A stretch of DNA of 49,115 nucleotides from a virus (taxonomy: Duplodnaviria > Caudoviricetes), in the IMG/VR virus record IMGVR_UViG_3300032330_000578, positions 1 to 49,115 of that record; one strand, 5' to 3'. Made by a program: the position numbers and the translations under genes. A model generated the notes under the pieces. It worked only from the letters and a program-made list of their open reading frames with translations, searched no databases and had not been told where the DNA came from. Each line of letters opens with the position of its first letter. Position 1 is the stretch's first letter. Shown here one piece after another: positions 10,289 to 19,259 of the stretch.

Positions 10289-10697
10289 TTTAATTGCTAA
10301 ACTGGAGTTTAGGCGCGCACGTCAGATTAAACTGGACAAAGACTATCAGTTTATGCTTGACATCAGTAACCCTACCGCATTTTCGGTTAGGGTTCTGAAG
10401 AAGAAGTTTGAAGGCGTTATCATTGAGTACACCGATATAGAATGGGGTGATGATGGAAGATTCCATTTTGATGCTAATGTAATTGCTAACCCCAATCTTA
10501 AGAATGTCGAATCTAGAGCATTCAAAACCTTTACTTCTGACATCATGCGCGGTATAATTACTGAGTCGGTTAGACACGCGGAGAAGATTATTAATGAAAA
10601 CGGAACACTTGATTCTGTCGAGTCTATTGAAGAACGAACCGTTTATGCGGAAGACGATTCCGTATCTGAAGAGCGAGTATCTAAGCGAAAGTCATGA
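10281..10697 (+). CDS. Hypothetical protein between uvsX and gp41 (the gp40 position in T4)
   Basis: ORF overlaps both neighbours; synteny only. Confidence 0.55.
   Translation: MNDLIAKLEFRRARQIKLDKDYQFMLDISNPTAFSVRVLKKKFEGVIIEYTDIEWGDDGRFHFDANVIANPNLKNVESRAFKTFTSDIMRGIITESVRHAEKIINENGTLDSVESIEERTVYAEDDSVSEERVSKRKS
10530..10558 (+). promoter_or_regulatory. Sigma70-type promoter for gp41
   Basis: TTTACT-17 bp-TATAAT about 35 nt upstream of the helicase ATG. Confidence 0.55.
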
Positions 10698-11958
10698 GAA
10701 GAAAGTTTTTGAAGAAATTCAAAACTTCGTAACTAAATACAATACTCTTCCATCTCCTGCGGCAGTACATCTTGCGCTGAAAGCCCGTACCGATGTGACT
10801 GAGCCAGAACTGAAGCGAGCAGTTGAATTGCTTGCTGAGGCATCCAAAGACAAATCAGAACATCGTTTGGAATGGCTAATTGACGAAACTGAAAAGTTCT
10901 GTCAAGAGAAGGCAGTCTACAATGCAATTATGGATTCTATTCAAATCCTTGACGGCAAAGATACTAACAAAGGCAAGGGCGCCATTCCAACTCTTTTGTC
11001 TGATGCCCTTGGGGTTAGTTTTGACCCTAATGTTGGGCATGACTACATTGATAACAGTGATTCCCGCTATGATTTCTATCATCGCGTTGAAAAGCGCATC
11101 CCGCTTGACTTGGAATATTTTAACGTCATTACAAAAGGCGGGTTTCCTCAGAAGACTCTAAATGTTGCGCTTGCCGGCACTGGTGTTGGTAAGTCAATGT
11201 TTATGTGCCATCTGTCGGCAAGTTGTTTGCTAAAGAACTACAATGTTCTCTACATTACTTTGGAAATGGCGGAAGAGCGTATTGCGGAACGTATTGATGC
11301 TAACCTGCTTGATGTTACCCTAGATGACCTTGCTGTCATGCCGAAGGATGTTTTTGACCGTAGAATGGAAAGATTAAAGAAAAACGTGAAAGGCAAACTC
11401 ATCATCAAAGAGTATCCTACTGCTTCAGCAAATGCTGCTCACTTTCGTGCGCTATTGAATGAACTTGAACTAAAGAAAAACTTTAGACCTGACATCATCT
11501 GCATTGACTATCTAAACATCTGCGCATCAGCGCGCATCAAGGCTGGCGCTAACGTCAATTCATTCACTTACATCAAGGCAATCGCAGAAGAGTTGCGCGG
11601 ACTAGCAATGGAACGTAAGGTTCCTATCATCACTGCTACTCAAACCACCCGTTCAGGCTTTACCAATTCTGACCCCGGTCTTGAAGATACATCTGAATCA
11701 TTTGGTCTACCTGCAACAGCTGACTTCATGTTTGCTCTCATCTCAACCGAAGACTTAGAAAAGATGGGACAGATTATGGTCAAGCAGTTGAAGAACCGAT
11801 ATGGTGACCCAAACAAGCACAAGCGATTTGTTGTTGGTATTGATAGGGCTAAGATGCGCTTGTACGACCTAGAATTAAATGCGCAGACTGATATTGTGCA
11901 GGAAACTCAGTCATCTCCGCAGAATTCTAAGGATAAATTTAAGAATCTCAAGATATAA
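10594..11958 (+). CDS. gp41: Replicative DnaB-like helicase (gp41)
   Basis: AGTGVGKS, TLEMAEE, IDYLNI, TATQ, SESFGLPATAD and KNRY. Confidence 0.97.
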   Translation: MKTEHLILSSLLKNEPFMRKTIPYLKSEYLSESHEKKVFEEIQNFVTKYNTLPSPAAVHLALKARTDVTEPELKRAVELLAEASKDKSEHRLEWLIDETEKFCQEKAVYNAIMDSIQILDGKDTNKGKGAIPTLLSDALGVSFDPNVGHDYIDNSDSRYDFYHRVEKRIPLDLEYFNVITKGGFPQKTLNVALAGTGVGKSMFMCHLSASCLLKNYNVLYITLEMAEERIAERIDANLLDVTLDDLAVMPKDVFDRRMERLKKNVKGKLIIKEYPTASANAAHFRALLNELELKKNFRPDIICIDYLNICASARIKAGANVNSFTYIKAIAEELRGLAMERKVPIITATQTTRSGFTNSDPGLEDTSESFGLPATADFMFALISTEDLEKMGQIMVKQLKNRYGDPNKHKRFVVGIDRAKMRLYDLELNAQTDIVQETQSSPQNSKDKFKNLKI

Positions 11959-11961
11959 ATA
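11954..11961 (+). promoter_or_regulatory. T4-type late promoter
   Basis: Exact TATAAATA about 30 nt upstream of the ORF at 11993. Confidence 0.65.
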
Positions 11962-11992
11962 GGATATCCGTGGAATTCTTAGAGAGCAAACA

Positions 11993-12733
11993 ATGGCTGG
12001 TACATCCGCAGAAAGACAGGAATCTGGTTTAGTCCGTAAAATTAAAGCCGCTATCAAAACTAATAAAAACAATCCTGTAACTATTGTTTTTGCTAACGGC
12101 AAGAAACTTACAGGTGTTACTGATGCTATGAAGTATAATGGACGACAGGTTTCTGGTTCTGAACCATATACTGATGTTGTTATTGTACAAGGTAAGAAGA
12201 AAGTTAATCTCTCTTTGAAAGGCGAATCAGCCCCATCTTTGGCTGGTGGCGGTCTTCGCGGAATTGAAATGGCTGCTCCTGGTCTTGGCGCCAAGTTTTT
12301 CAAAGCCGCTTATGACCACCTCAGAGATAACCTTCAACTAAGCCCCGGCGATAAAGTACCAGATACATATGGTAAGATTCCAAGCCGTCTTGTTGAGAAT
12401 ATCGTTGTAGGTAATGCTAGCATGGGTGGACCAATTGACTATATGTACATTGGTCCAATGACTGTTGGTGGTCCAGCATATGATGCTAAGAAGAACATTC
12501 TTAAAGTTGATGGCAATCTATATGAAGCAAAAGAATATGCAGGTAAGCATACGTTATACTTCAGATTGCGCGCAAGAAGAGAAGACCAGCGTTTTGACCC
12601 AGGTGCTAAAGACAATAAGGGTGTACCTAAGATTTATGGTAAATCGCCATCAAGAGGCGATAGTGCTGGGCGCATTGTTGTAGTAAGCGGAGATTCTCTT
12701 CCTAATAATGCAGAGACAGTATCACTTAGATAG
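11993..12733 (+). CDS. Hypothetical protein, possible PD-(D/E)XK-like nuclease
   Basis: N-terminal E (RQE) plus TDVVI...LSLK, resembling a D...SxK variant active site. Confidence 0.45.
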   Translation: MAGTSAERQESGLVRKIKAAIKTNKNNPVTIVFANGKKLTGVTDAMKYNGRQVSGSEPYTDVVIVQGKKKVNLSLKGESAPSLAGGGLRGIEMAAPGLGAKFFKAAYDHLRDNLQLSPGDKVPDTYGKIPSRLVENIVVGNASMGGPIDYMYIGPMTVGGPAYDAKKNILKVDGNLYEAKEYAGKHTLYFRLRARREDQRFDPGAKDNKGVPKIYGKSPSRGDSAGRIVVVSGDSLPNNAETVSLR

Positions 12734-12740
12734 GTAATTT

Positions 12741-13676
12741 ATGACTGTACTTGTGACTGGTGGATTGGGCTTCATTGGTTCAAATTTTGTTATTCGTCAT
12801 CTTGAAAAGTATCCTGATGAACGAGTAGTTGTTGTAGATAATGAATCTTATGCAGCAGCAAGAACAAATTTGTCTTGTGTCGCAGACAAGGCAATCGTAC
12901 ATAAAGTTGACATTGCTGATAAAGATAGAATGAATAAGGTGATGGCAAAGTATATGCCGCACATCATCTATAACTTTGCGGCTGAATCTCACGTTGATAA
13001 TTCTATCGCGGATGATTCTATATTCTATCAGACTAATGTAATGGGCACACTTAACCTTTTGCATATTGTAAAAGAGTATGACATTAAGTTGCTTCATGTA
13101 TCAACAGATGAAGTTTATGGTTCTCTGTCTCTAGATACTAATGATGTCTTTACTGAAAAGACTCCATACAATCCGTTGAATCCTTATTCGGCTAGCAAAG
13201 CCGCATCTGACCATATGGTGCGCGCATACGTCAATACGCATAAGATTAAAGCCGTTGTAACAAATTGCTCTAACAACTATGGACCAAGACAGCATAATGA
13301 GAAACTAATTCCTACAATCATTCGTAGGGCTAAGGCTAATATGACCATTCCAATCTACGGTAATGGTTCTAATGTTCGCGATTGGCTGTATGTAGATGAC
13401 CACTGCGATGCGTTGTTGCGTATTGGTGAAGGATTTGTATACGGTGAGCGATACAACATTGGCGGTCATAATGAACTGACCAATCTGTCTCTAACGCGAT
13501 ACATTCTTGACCTTATGGGCAAGCCTCGCAGCCTAATTGAGTTTGTCAAAGACCGTCCCGGGCATGACGCTAGATATGCTATATCCACTAAGAAAATCGA
13601 AAAAGAACTTAAGTGGCGTCCTACAACAACCCTTGAAGTTGGTATGAAGAATACATTGGAGTATTATAATGCGTAA
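12741..13676 (+). CDS. rfbB: dTDP-glucose 4,6-dehydratase
   Basis: GGLGFIG, AAESHVDNS, STDEVYG, YSASK, CSNNYGP and DRPGHD. Confidence 0.95.
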   Translation: MTVLVTGGLGFIGSNFVIRHLEKYPDERVVVVDNESYAAARTNLSCVADKAIVHKVDIADKDRMNKVMAKYMPHIIYNFAAESHVDNSIADDSIFYQTNVMGTLNLLHIVKEYDIKLLHVSTDEVYGSLSLDTNDVFTEKTPYNPLNPYSASKAASDHMVRAYVNTHKIKAVVTNCSNNYGPRQHNEKLIPTIIRRAKANMTIPIYGNGSNVRDWLYVDDHCDALLRIGEGFVYGERYNIGGHNELTNLSLTRYILDLMGKPRSLIEFVKDRPGHDARYAISTKKIEKELKWRPTTTLEVGMKNTLEYYNA

Positions 13677-14565
13677 AGGTATTGTTCTTTCTGGTGGTCT
13701 AGGAACCAGACTCTATCCATGTACAGAAGTCATTTCAAAGCAACTGCTTCCTGTATATGATAAGCCATTAATTTATTATCCTATTGCTACGCTAATGATG
13801 GCTGGCATTAGTGATATCATGGTCATCACTAATCCTGAAAACAATTTTCAGTTTCAGACTCTTTTGCGGGATGGTTCACAGTGGGGAATCAATATCTGCT
13901 ACGCAACACAGAAAGAGCCAAAAGGTATTGCTGATGCTTTACTAATTGCTGAAGGGTTTATCGGTAAAGATGACTTTGCTTTAATTCTTGGTGATAACAT
14001 CTACTACGGTAATGACCTTGTAAATCGACTAGACCGCTCAAATAGAGATGTTTGGGCTTCAACGTTGTTTGCTTATCATGTAAGTGACCCTGAACGTTTT
14101 GGTGTTCTTGAGTTTGATGATAGCAATACCCCAAAGCGTATTCTTGAGAAGCCTGCTGTTGCCCCGTCTAATTACGCAGTTACGGGTCTATACTTCTATA
14201 AGAACATTGCGTTACATTATGCAAATCAACTTAAGCCATCTCCTCGCGGTGAACTAGAGATTACTGACCTTAACAATCTGCTAATGCAGAATACTGAGGT
14301 TGAGATTGAGTTTATGAATCGCGGTATTGCTTGGATTGATACAGGCACGTTTGATTCTCTTGCTGAGGCATCAACCTTTGTGGCTTCTGTGCAAAAGCGT
14401 ACTGGCACTATGATTTGCTGCCCTGAAGAGATTGCGTTTAAGAATGGGTGGATTGAAAAGGCTGAGTTGCTAGAAGCAGCAACTAAGTATGGTAAATCTG
14501 ATTATGGCACTTATTTGAGGAAGATTGCTGATGAACAAAGAGTTAGCCCAATACATCGATATTAA
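13669..14565 (+). CDS. rfbA: Glucose-1-phosphate thymidylyltransferase
   Basis: GG.GTRLYP, KQLLPVYDKP, LGDN, RGELEITD and W.DTGT. Confidence 0.96.
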   Translation: MRKGIVLSGGLGTRLYPCTEVISKQLLPVYDKPLIYYPIATLMMAGISDIMVITNPENNFQFQTLLRDGSQWGINICYATQKEPKGIADALLIAEGFIGKDDFALILGDNIYYGNDLVNRLDRSNRDVWASTLFAYHVSDPERFGVLEFDDSNTPKRILEKPAVAPSNYAVTGLYFYKNIALHYANQLKPSPRGELEITDLNNLLMQNTEVEIEFMNRGIAWIDTGTFDSLAEASTFVASVQKRTGTMICCPEEIAFKNGWIEKAELLEAATKYGKSDYGTYLRKIADEQRVSPIHRY

Positions 14566-15061
14566 GTATTTCCACGATGACCGTGGTTACTTTTGCGAGA
14601 CATTAAATCTATCTAAGCCGCCATTTAATGAACTGACTTATGTGCAAAGCAATATGTCAGTTAACAACAATGATGTGTTGCGAGGAATGCACTACCAGCA
14701 TAAGTATCCTCAAGGCAAGTTCTGCTATGTAGCATCTGGAGCAGCATATGATTTTGTAATTGACTTACGACAAAGTTCTCCGGACTTTTTAAAGTGCCGC
14801 ACTTTTTACCTTGAGCCAAAGGGACCAGCCGTTTGGGTTCCTCCTGGTTATGCTCACGGATTTTTGTCTTGCCGGGATAACACAATATTTTCTTATCATG
14901 TTTTTGGAAATCCGTGGGTAGCAAGCGATGAACATTCTATTAACCCATTGTCTGTACCTGATATTAAGCAATTGGTAGACAATAAAATATATTTGCGTAT
15001 TTCACCAAAGGATATTGCTGGATATGACTATGCTGCATCAACTTGTCCCATCTATGAATAA
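14531..15061 (+). CDS. rfbC: dTDP-4-dehydrorhamnose 3,5-epimerase
   Basis: DDRGYF.E, VLRGMHYQ, QGK, D.R..SP and GYAHGF. Confidence 0.93.
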   Translation: MNKELAQYIDIKYFHDDRGYFCETLNLSKPPFNELTYVQSNMSVNNNDVLRGMHYQHKYPQGKFCYVASGAAYDFVIDLRQSSPDFLKCRTFYLEPKGPAVWVPPGYAHGFLSCRDNTIFSYHVFGNPWVASDEHSINPLSVPDIKQLVDNKIYLRISPKDIAGYDYAASTCPIYE

Positions 15062-15920
15062 AAGAATTGTAATTCTTGGCGCTCGTGGTCAGATTGGTAG
15101 TGAGATTACTAGACTAGTTCGTGAGGGTCAACATAGGTGGTGGGCATTTAACGGTACTGTTTTTGATTACAACAATCCTGACAGAATCCGTCGAATAATG
15201 GATGAAATCCAACCTGAAGTTATCATCAACTGCGCGGCTTACACTAACGTAGCAACTGCGGAAGAGGCTGCTAATCATCGAGCCGTTAGTGAATTAAATA
15301 TTCAGTTACCTAAAAATCTAACTGATGTTGCCGGTGAGCACAATGCTGAGATTATTCATTTCTCTACTGATTATGTGTATGACGGTAAAAAAAATGAATA
15401 CAAAGAAGATGACAGGGTCAAACCATTAAACAATTATGGTCTAACCAAGAGCATTGGCGACAAGTTTGTATTAGAATATTCCAAATCTAAGGTGTTTCGA
15501 GTTCAAGCCGTCTACTCCAACCGTAACATTAATTTCTTCAGAAGCATTCAAGCCAAAGCCCTAGCAGATGAGCCTGCTACTGTTGTATCAGACCAGTTTA
15601 CAACTCCAACATCAGCATTATGGATTGCTAAGCAAGTCTATCGCACGTTGTTCACGCCGCAGTATGGTTTGTATCATCTATCTCCTAATGGGTTCTGTTC
15701 ATTTGCAGATTTTGCTGAATTGATTTACGCTACCAACTATCCAACAATTTACAATAAGCCAAATCCCCCTATCAAGAGAATCCATTACAAAGACCTAAAC
15801 GTATCTGTAAACCGACCTATGGTAACTATTTTAAATCATGAAAAGTTTAATAATGCGTTCTTCTCTATTACGGAATCATGGGAAGATGTCTATAATGAAT
15901 TTATTAAAATACCTAAATAG
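15054..15920 (+). CDS. rfbD: dTDP-4-dehydrorhamnose reductase
   Basis: GARGQIG, NCAAYT.V, STDYVYDG, YGLTK and DQ..TPT. Confidence 0.93.
   Translation: MNKRIVILGARGQIGSEITRLVREGQHRWWAFNGTVFDYNNPDRIRRIMDEIQPEVIINCAAYTNVATAEEAANHRAVSELNIQLPKNLTDVAGEHNAEIIHFSTDYVYDGKKNEYKEDDRVKPLNNYGLTKSIGDKFVLEYSKSKVFRVQAVYSNRNINFFRSIQAKALADEPATVVSDQFTTPTSALWIAKQVYRTLFTPQYGLYHLSPNGFCSFADFAELIYATNYPTIYNKPNPPIKRIHYKDLNVSVNRPMVTILNHEKFNNAFFSITESWEDVYNEFIKIPK
15912..15919 (+). promoter_or_regulatory. Late promoter variant
   Basis: CCTAAATA about 30 nt upstream of the ORF at 15951. Confidence 0.4.
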
Positions 15921-15950
15921 TAGACTAATCCCACAGAGTGGACGGGTTAA

Positions 15951-17108
15951 ATGTTACAATTTGCGCAGTTTATTACAGAATCGCTTGAGACAGAAAAACT
16001 AACTCACTTAGAGCACGCAGAAGACCATCCTATCAATGCAGGTAAGGCTGGCTTTAATCATGCTGTTCAAACTCTTGAAGCCGTACACAATAAACTATCT
16101 GGCAAGAAGTCAGAAGCCACTTTGACAACCAAGTATGATGGTTCTCCGTCCATAGTATTTGGACATCATCCAGAGAATGGAAAGTTCTTTGTAGCATCTA
16201 AGTCCGCATTCAATAAGAACCCTAAAATCAACTATACTCCTAAAGACATTGAAAAAAATCATGGTCATGCTCCCGGTTTAGTTGATAAATTGAAGACTGC
16301 GCTCAAGCATCTTCCAAAGGTTGCTCCTGGTCATGGCGTCTACCAAGGCGATTTAATGTACACCAAGGATGATGTTAAGGAACATGGAGGTTCCTATCAT
16401 TTTACCCCAAATACTATTACATATTCCTCTAAGAAAGATTCTGAGGAAGGTAAGAAGATTGGTAAGGCTAAGATTGGTGTCGTAGTTCACACCAAGTATG
16501 AAGGTAAAAACTTTGAAGATATGAAGGCAAAGTTTGCTCCTAAGTTGGGCGGGTTTGCAGAACACAAAGATGTTCATATCATGGACCCTGAAACAAACCA
16601 TGAAAAGGCTCACTATACTGCTGAGCAAAAAGACAAGTTTAACTCGCATATTGAAAAGGCTAAGGCACTTGAGGCTAAACATGACTACACTCATTTAGAG
16701 GGTCATCATGAGCATCTGAAGACCTATATCAACCAGACTGTTCGCACTGGTGATACACCTACCGTTGAAGGTTTAAAGGCTCATGTTACTGCATCCCATA
16801 AAAGGGCTGCTGAGAAAGTAAAGACACAAGCCGCAAAAGATAAAATTACTGACAAGATGAATAAGCATCTAGCGCATATTGATGCTAATGCTAAGGAGTT
16901 TAAAACAACTCTTGCAATTCATCATCACTTACAAGCCGCAAAAGACCAACTGGTTAATGCATTATCATCTCATAGTACCTATGGTCATAGCATCAAAGGT
17001 AAAGCAGCAAAACCAGAAGGGTTTGTTGCCGTTATAGATAATAAGCCAACTAAGTTGGTTGACAGAGCAGAGTTCAGTAGAGAAAACTTTCTTGCGAGAC
17101 CACGATGA
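15951..17108 (+). CDS. Conserved T4-like protein upstream of the cytidyltransferase gene (DUF6267-like)
   Basis: HLEH.ED, TTKYDGSP, YQGD, PEGFV and KLVDR.EFS motifs; capsid-targeting-like N-terminus MLQFAQFITE. Confidence 0.75.
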   Translation: MLQFAQFITESLETEKLTHLEHAEDHPINAGKAGFNHAVQTLEAVHNKLSGKKSEATLTTKYDGSPSIVFGHHPENGKFFVASKSAFNKNPKINYTPKDIEKNHGHAPGLVDKLKTALKHLPKVAPGHGVYQGDLMYTKDDVKEHGGSYHFTPNTITYSSKKDSEEGKKIGKAKIGVVVHTKYEGKNFEDMKAKFAPKLGGFAEHKDVHIMDPETNHEKAHYTAEQKDKFNSHIEKAKALEAKHDYTHLEGHHEHLKTYINQTVRTGDTPTVEGLKAHVTASHKRAAEKVKTQAAKDKITDKMNKHLAHIDANAKEFKTTLAIHHHLQAAKDQLVNALSSHSTYGHSIKGKAAKPEGFVAVIDNKPTKLVDRAEFSRENFLARPR

Positions 17109-18988
17109 AACACGCAGTCTTTACATTTGGTAGATTTAATCCTCCAACAGAAGCAGGACACGGCAAACTAATAAATGCCGTTAAATCTCACGCTGAAGCA
17201 GTTGGCGGTGACCACTTTATCTTCCCATCCCACTCTCAGGATGCAAAAAAGAATCCTTTGTCGCATGAAGACAAGGTTTCTGCTATGCATAAGATTTTCC
17301 CCAAAACAAACATCGTTAGCCATCCTGAAGTAAAGACTGCTATTCATGCAATGAAGCATCTTGAAAAGAAAGGATACACTCACGCTACGATGGTTGTTGG
17401 GTCTGACCGTGTTCCTGAGTTTAAGTCTTTGCTTGGCAAGTACAATGGCAAAGAGTACAATTTTAAGAAAATTCACGTTAAGTCTGCTGGTAATCGTGAC
17501 CCAGATGCAGAAGGAGCAGAAGGCATGTCTGCCTCCAAACTTCGCGGTTTGGTGTCAGCAGGAAAACGCGATGAATTTATTAGCCACTACTCTAACAAAA
17601 AAGTTGGTGCTGAAATCCACGATAAGGTAAAGAAAGCAATGAATGAAAAAGCACCAGCACCAATTGGAATCTTTTTATTTGGTGGTCCTGGCAGCGGTAA
17701 GGATTATGTCCTCAAGAACATTTTCTCGCGGTTTGACCTAATTGAAGTACAAGCCGACCAGTTGCTACAGGGTTATGCCGGCATTCTACTAGAAGATAAC
17801 ACAAATATTGTTATTAACTGCTCAGCAGAAAATTCTGAACAAATTGAAACTATCAAGTCTATGCTAGAGGGTTATGAGTTTGACCATGTTTATGTTTCGG
17901 TGACAAATAAAGTCAGCCGTGAACGCAATCAAGCCCGAGCAAATCCACTACGGGAAGATGTTCGTATTAGCAAGATGCTCAAAGCCGAAAGACTTGCTAA
18001 GGCTCTTCCAGAAACATTTACCTTTAACAACTCATTAAATTTAGCCGAATCTAGTGAGATGGAACAGGTATTTTTTGCATCGCAGATTCAAAAATTGCTA
18101 GAGCGTATAGTAGGAATGGGATTGCAAATTCAAGAAACTCCCAGTCCAAAAAACTTTGCTGAGATAAGAGAAGCATTAGGAGAAAGTAATGTTAAAGTTT
18201 CTAAAAAAAATATGGCACTGGCTAACAGGGAAGAAGGAGACTGTGCCTGCAGTGGAGGTGCCTCCGGTAGCCCCTGTGATTGTGGAGGCTCCTGCGGTTG
18301 CGCCGAGTGTGCAGGAACCAGTGAAGCCATCAAAGAAGAAGCCAGCACAGTCAAAGTCCTCAACAGCCTCAAAAGCAAAATCAAAGCCAAAAAAGGTGTA
18401 GGACCAACAAACTATGACGGTAGACTTGGAATCAACATTGGATTGATTTCAGCCCCTACCGTTGTAGGTTCACCTACATCTACTTATGAATCTATACAGT
18501 ATCATCTCAAGAACAACATTTCCTTTACCAAGAACATCTATCGTCCTGGTTCAGATAAGTTTTTTGAGATGATTGACCATGCCCGTCAACTGTATCTTGA
18601 AGGCAAGTATCAGCCTGAAGATGAGTATGAACTTGAAGTCCTAGAAAGCAACATTGGTGAAATAGCCATGTATAAGGGCAAGAAAGTCATACTTGATTTT
18701 CCATTTGAAGTACTTGCTGAAGAAGGTTCAGACCCGACCAAGGGTCATGGAATCGGCAAACCATTCCGCAAGAATGGTGGCGGCGCAGTCTATGTCAAAA
18801 GCGGTGATGGCGTCAAACTGGTTAACTTTAGCCAGTCGGGCATGACCAAGAAGTATAATGACCCGGGTCGTTTGAAGAGTTTTATGGCAAGACATCATTG
18901 CTTGACCAATAAGGACAAAACATCTGCGTCCTACTGGGCTTGCCGTTGGCCAAGATACTTCAGTTCTGGTGGTCAACAGTGGTGGTAA
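17105..18988 (+). CDS. Cytidyltransferase-like / P-loop / C-terminal conserved domain fusion
   Basis: FGRFNPPT..GH, VVGSDRV, SASK; GGPGSGKD Walker A; C-terminal SF.ARH.C...YWACRWP. Confidence 0.8.
   Translation: MKHAVFTFGRFNPPTEAGHGKLINAVKSHAEAVGGDHFIFPSHSQDAKKNPLSHEDKVSAMHKIFPKTNIVSHPEVKTAIHAMKHLEKKGYTHATMVVGSDRVPEFKSLLGKYNGKEYNFKKIHVKSAGNRDPDAEGAEGMSASKLRGLVSAGKRDEFISHYSNKKVGAEIHDKVKKAMNEKAPAPIGIFLFGGPGSGKDYVLKNIFSRFDLIEVQADQLLQGYAGILLEDNTNIVINCSAENSEQIETIKSMLEGYEFDHVYVSVTNKVSRERNQARANPLREDVRISKMLKAERLAKALPETFTFNNSLNLAESSEMEQVFFASQIQKLLERIVGMGLQIQETPSPKNFAEIREALGESNVKVSKKNMALANREEGDCACSGGASGSPCDCGGSCGCAECAGTSEAIKEEASTVKVLNSLKSKIKAKKGVGPTNYDGRLGINIGLISAPTVVGSPTSTYESIQYHLKNNISFTKNIYRPGSDKFFEMIDHARQLYLEGKYQPEDEYELEVLESNIGEIAMYKGKKVILDFPFEVLAEEGSDPTKGHGIGKPFRKNGGGAVYVKSGDGVKLVNFSQSGMTKKYNDPGRLKSFMARHHCLTNKDKTSASYWACRWPRYFSSGGQQWW
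18189..18401 (+). CDS. Nested small Pro/Lys-rich protein in the +1 frame
   Basis: AGGAGA Shine-Dalgarno, amphipathic start MLKFLKKIWHWLTG and a Pro/Val then Lys-rich tail. Confidence 0.55.
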   Translation: MLKFLKKIWHWLTGKKETVPAVEVPPVAPVIVEAPAVAPSVQEPVKPSKKKPAQSKSSTASKAKSKPKKV

Positions 18989-18991
18989 AAG

Positions 18992-19258
18992 GTGAAACCC
19001 TACATTGAAAAATTCCTAAATAATGGTATCATTGTACGGACATTTTCCAAGGATGTGTTATCTGAAGAATTAGTTTGGCACAGAGATAAAAATAATCGCG
19101 ATGTTACTGTGATATCAGGAGAAGGTTGGCTTCTACAATTAGATGACAACCTTCCTACCGAATTAAAAGAGGGATGCACATATCATATTCCGGCATATGT
19201 GTATCACAGAATAAAGCGCGGGAATACAGATTTGACAGTACAAATCAGAGAGACGTAA
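18992..19258 (+). CDS. Small cupin-like protein
   Basis: EELVWHRD...W..Q.D..LP...IP...YHRIK. Confidence 0.7.
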   Translation: MKPYIEKFLNNGIIVRTFSKDVLSEELVWHRDKNNRDVTVISGEGWLLQLDDNLPTELKEGCTYHIPAYVYHRIKRGNTDLTVQIRET

Positions 19259-19259
19259 C

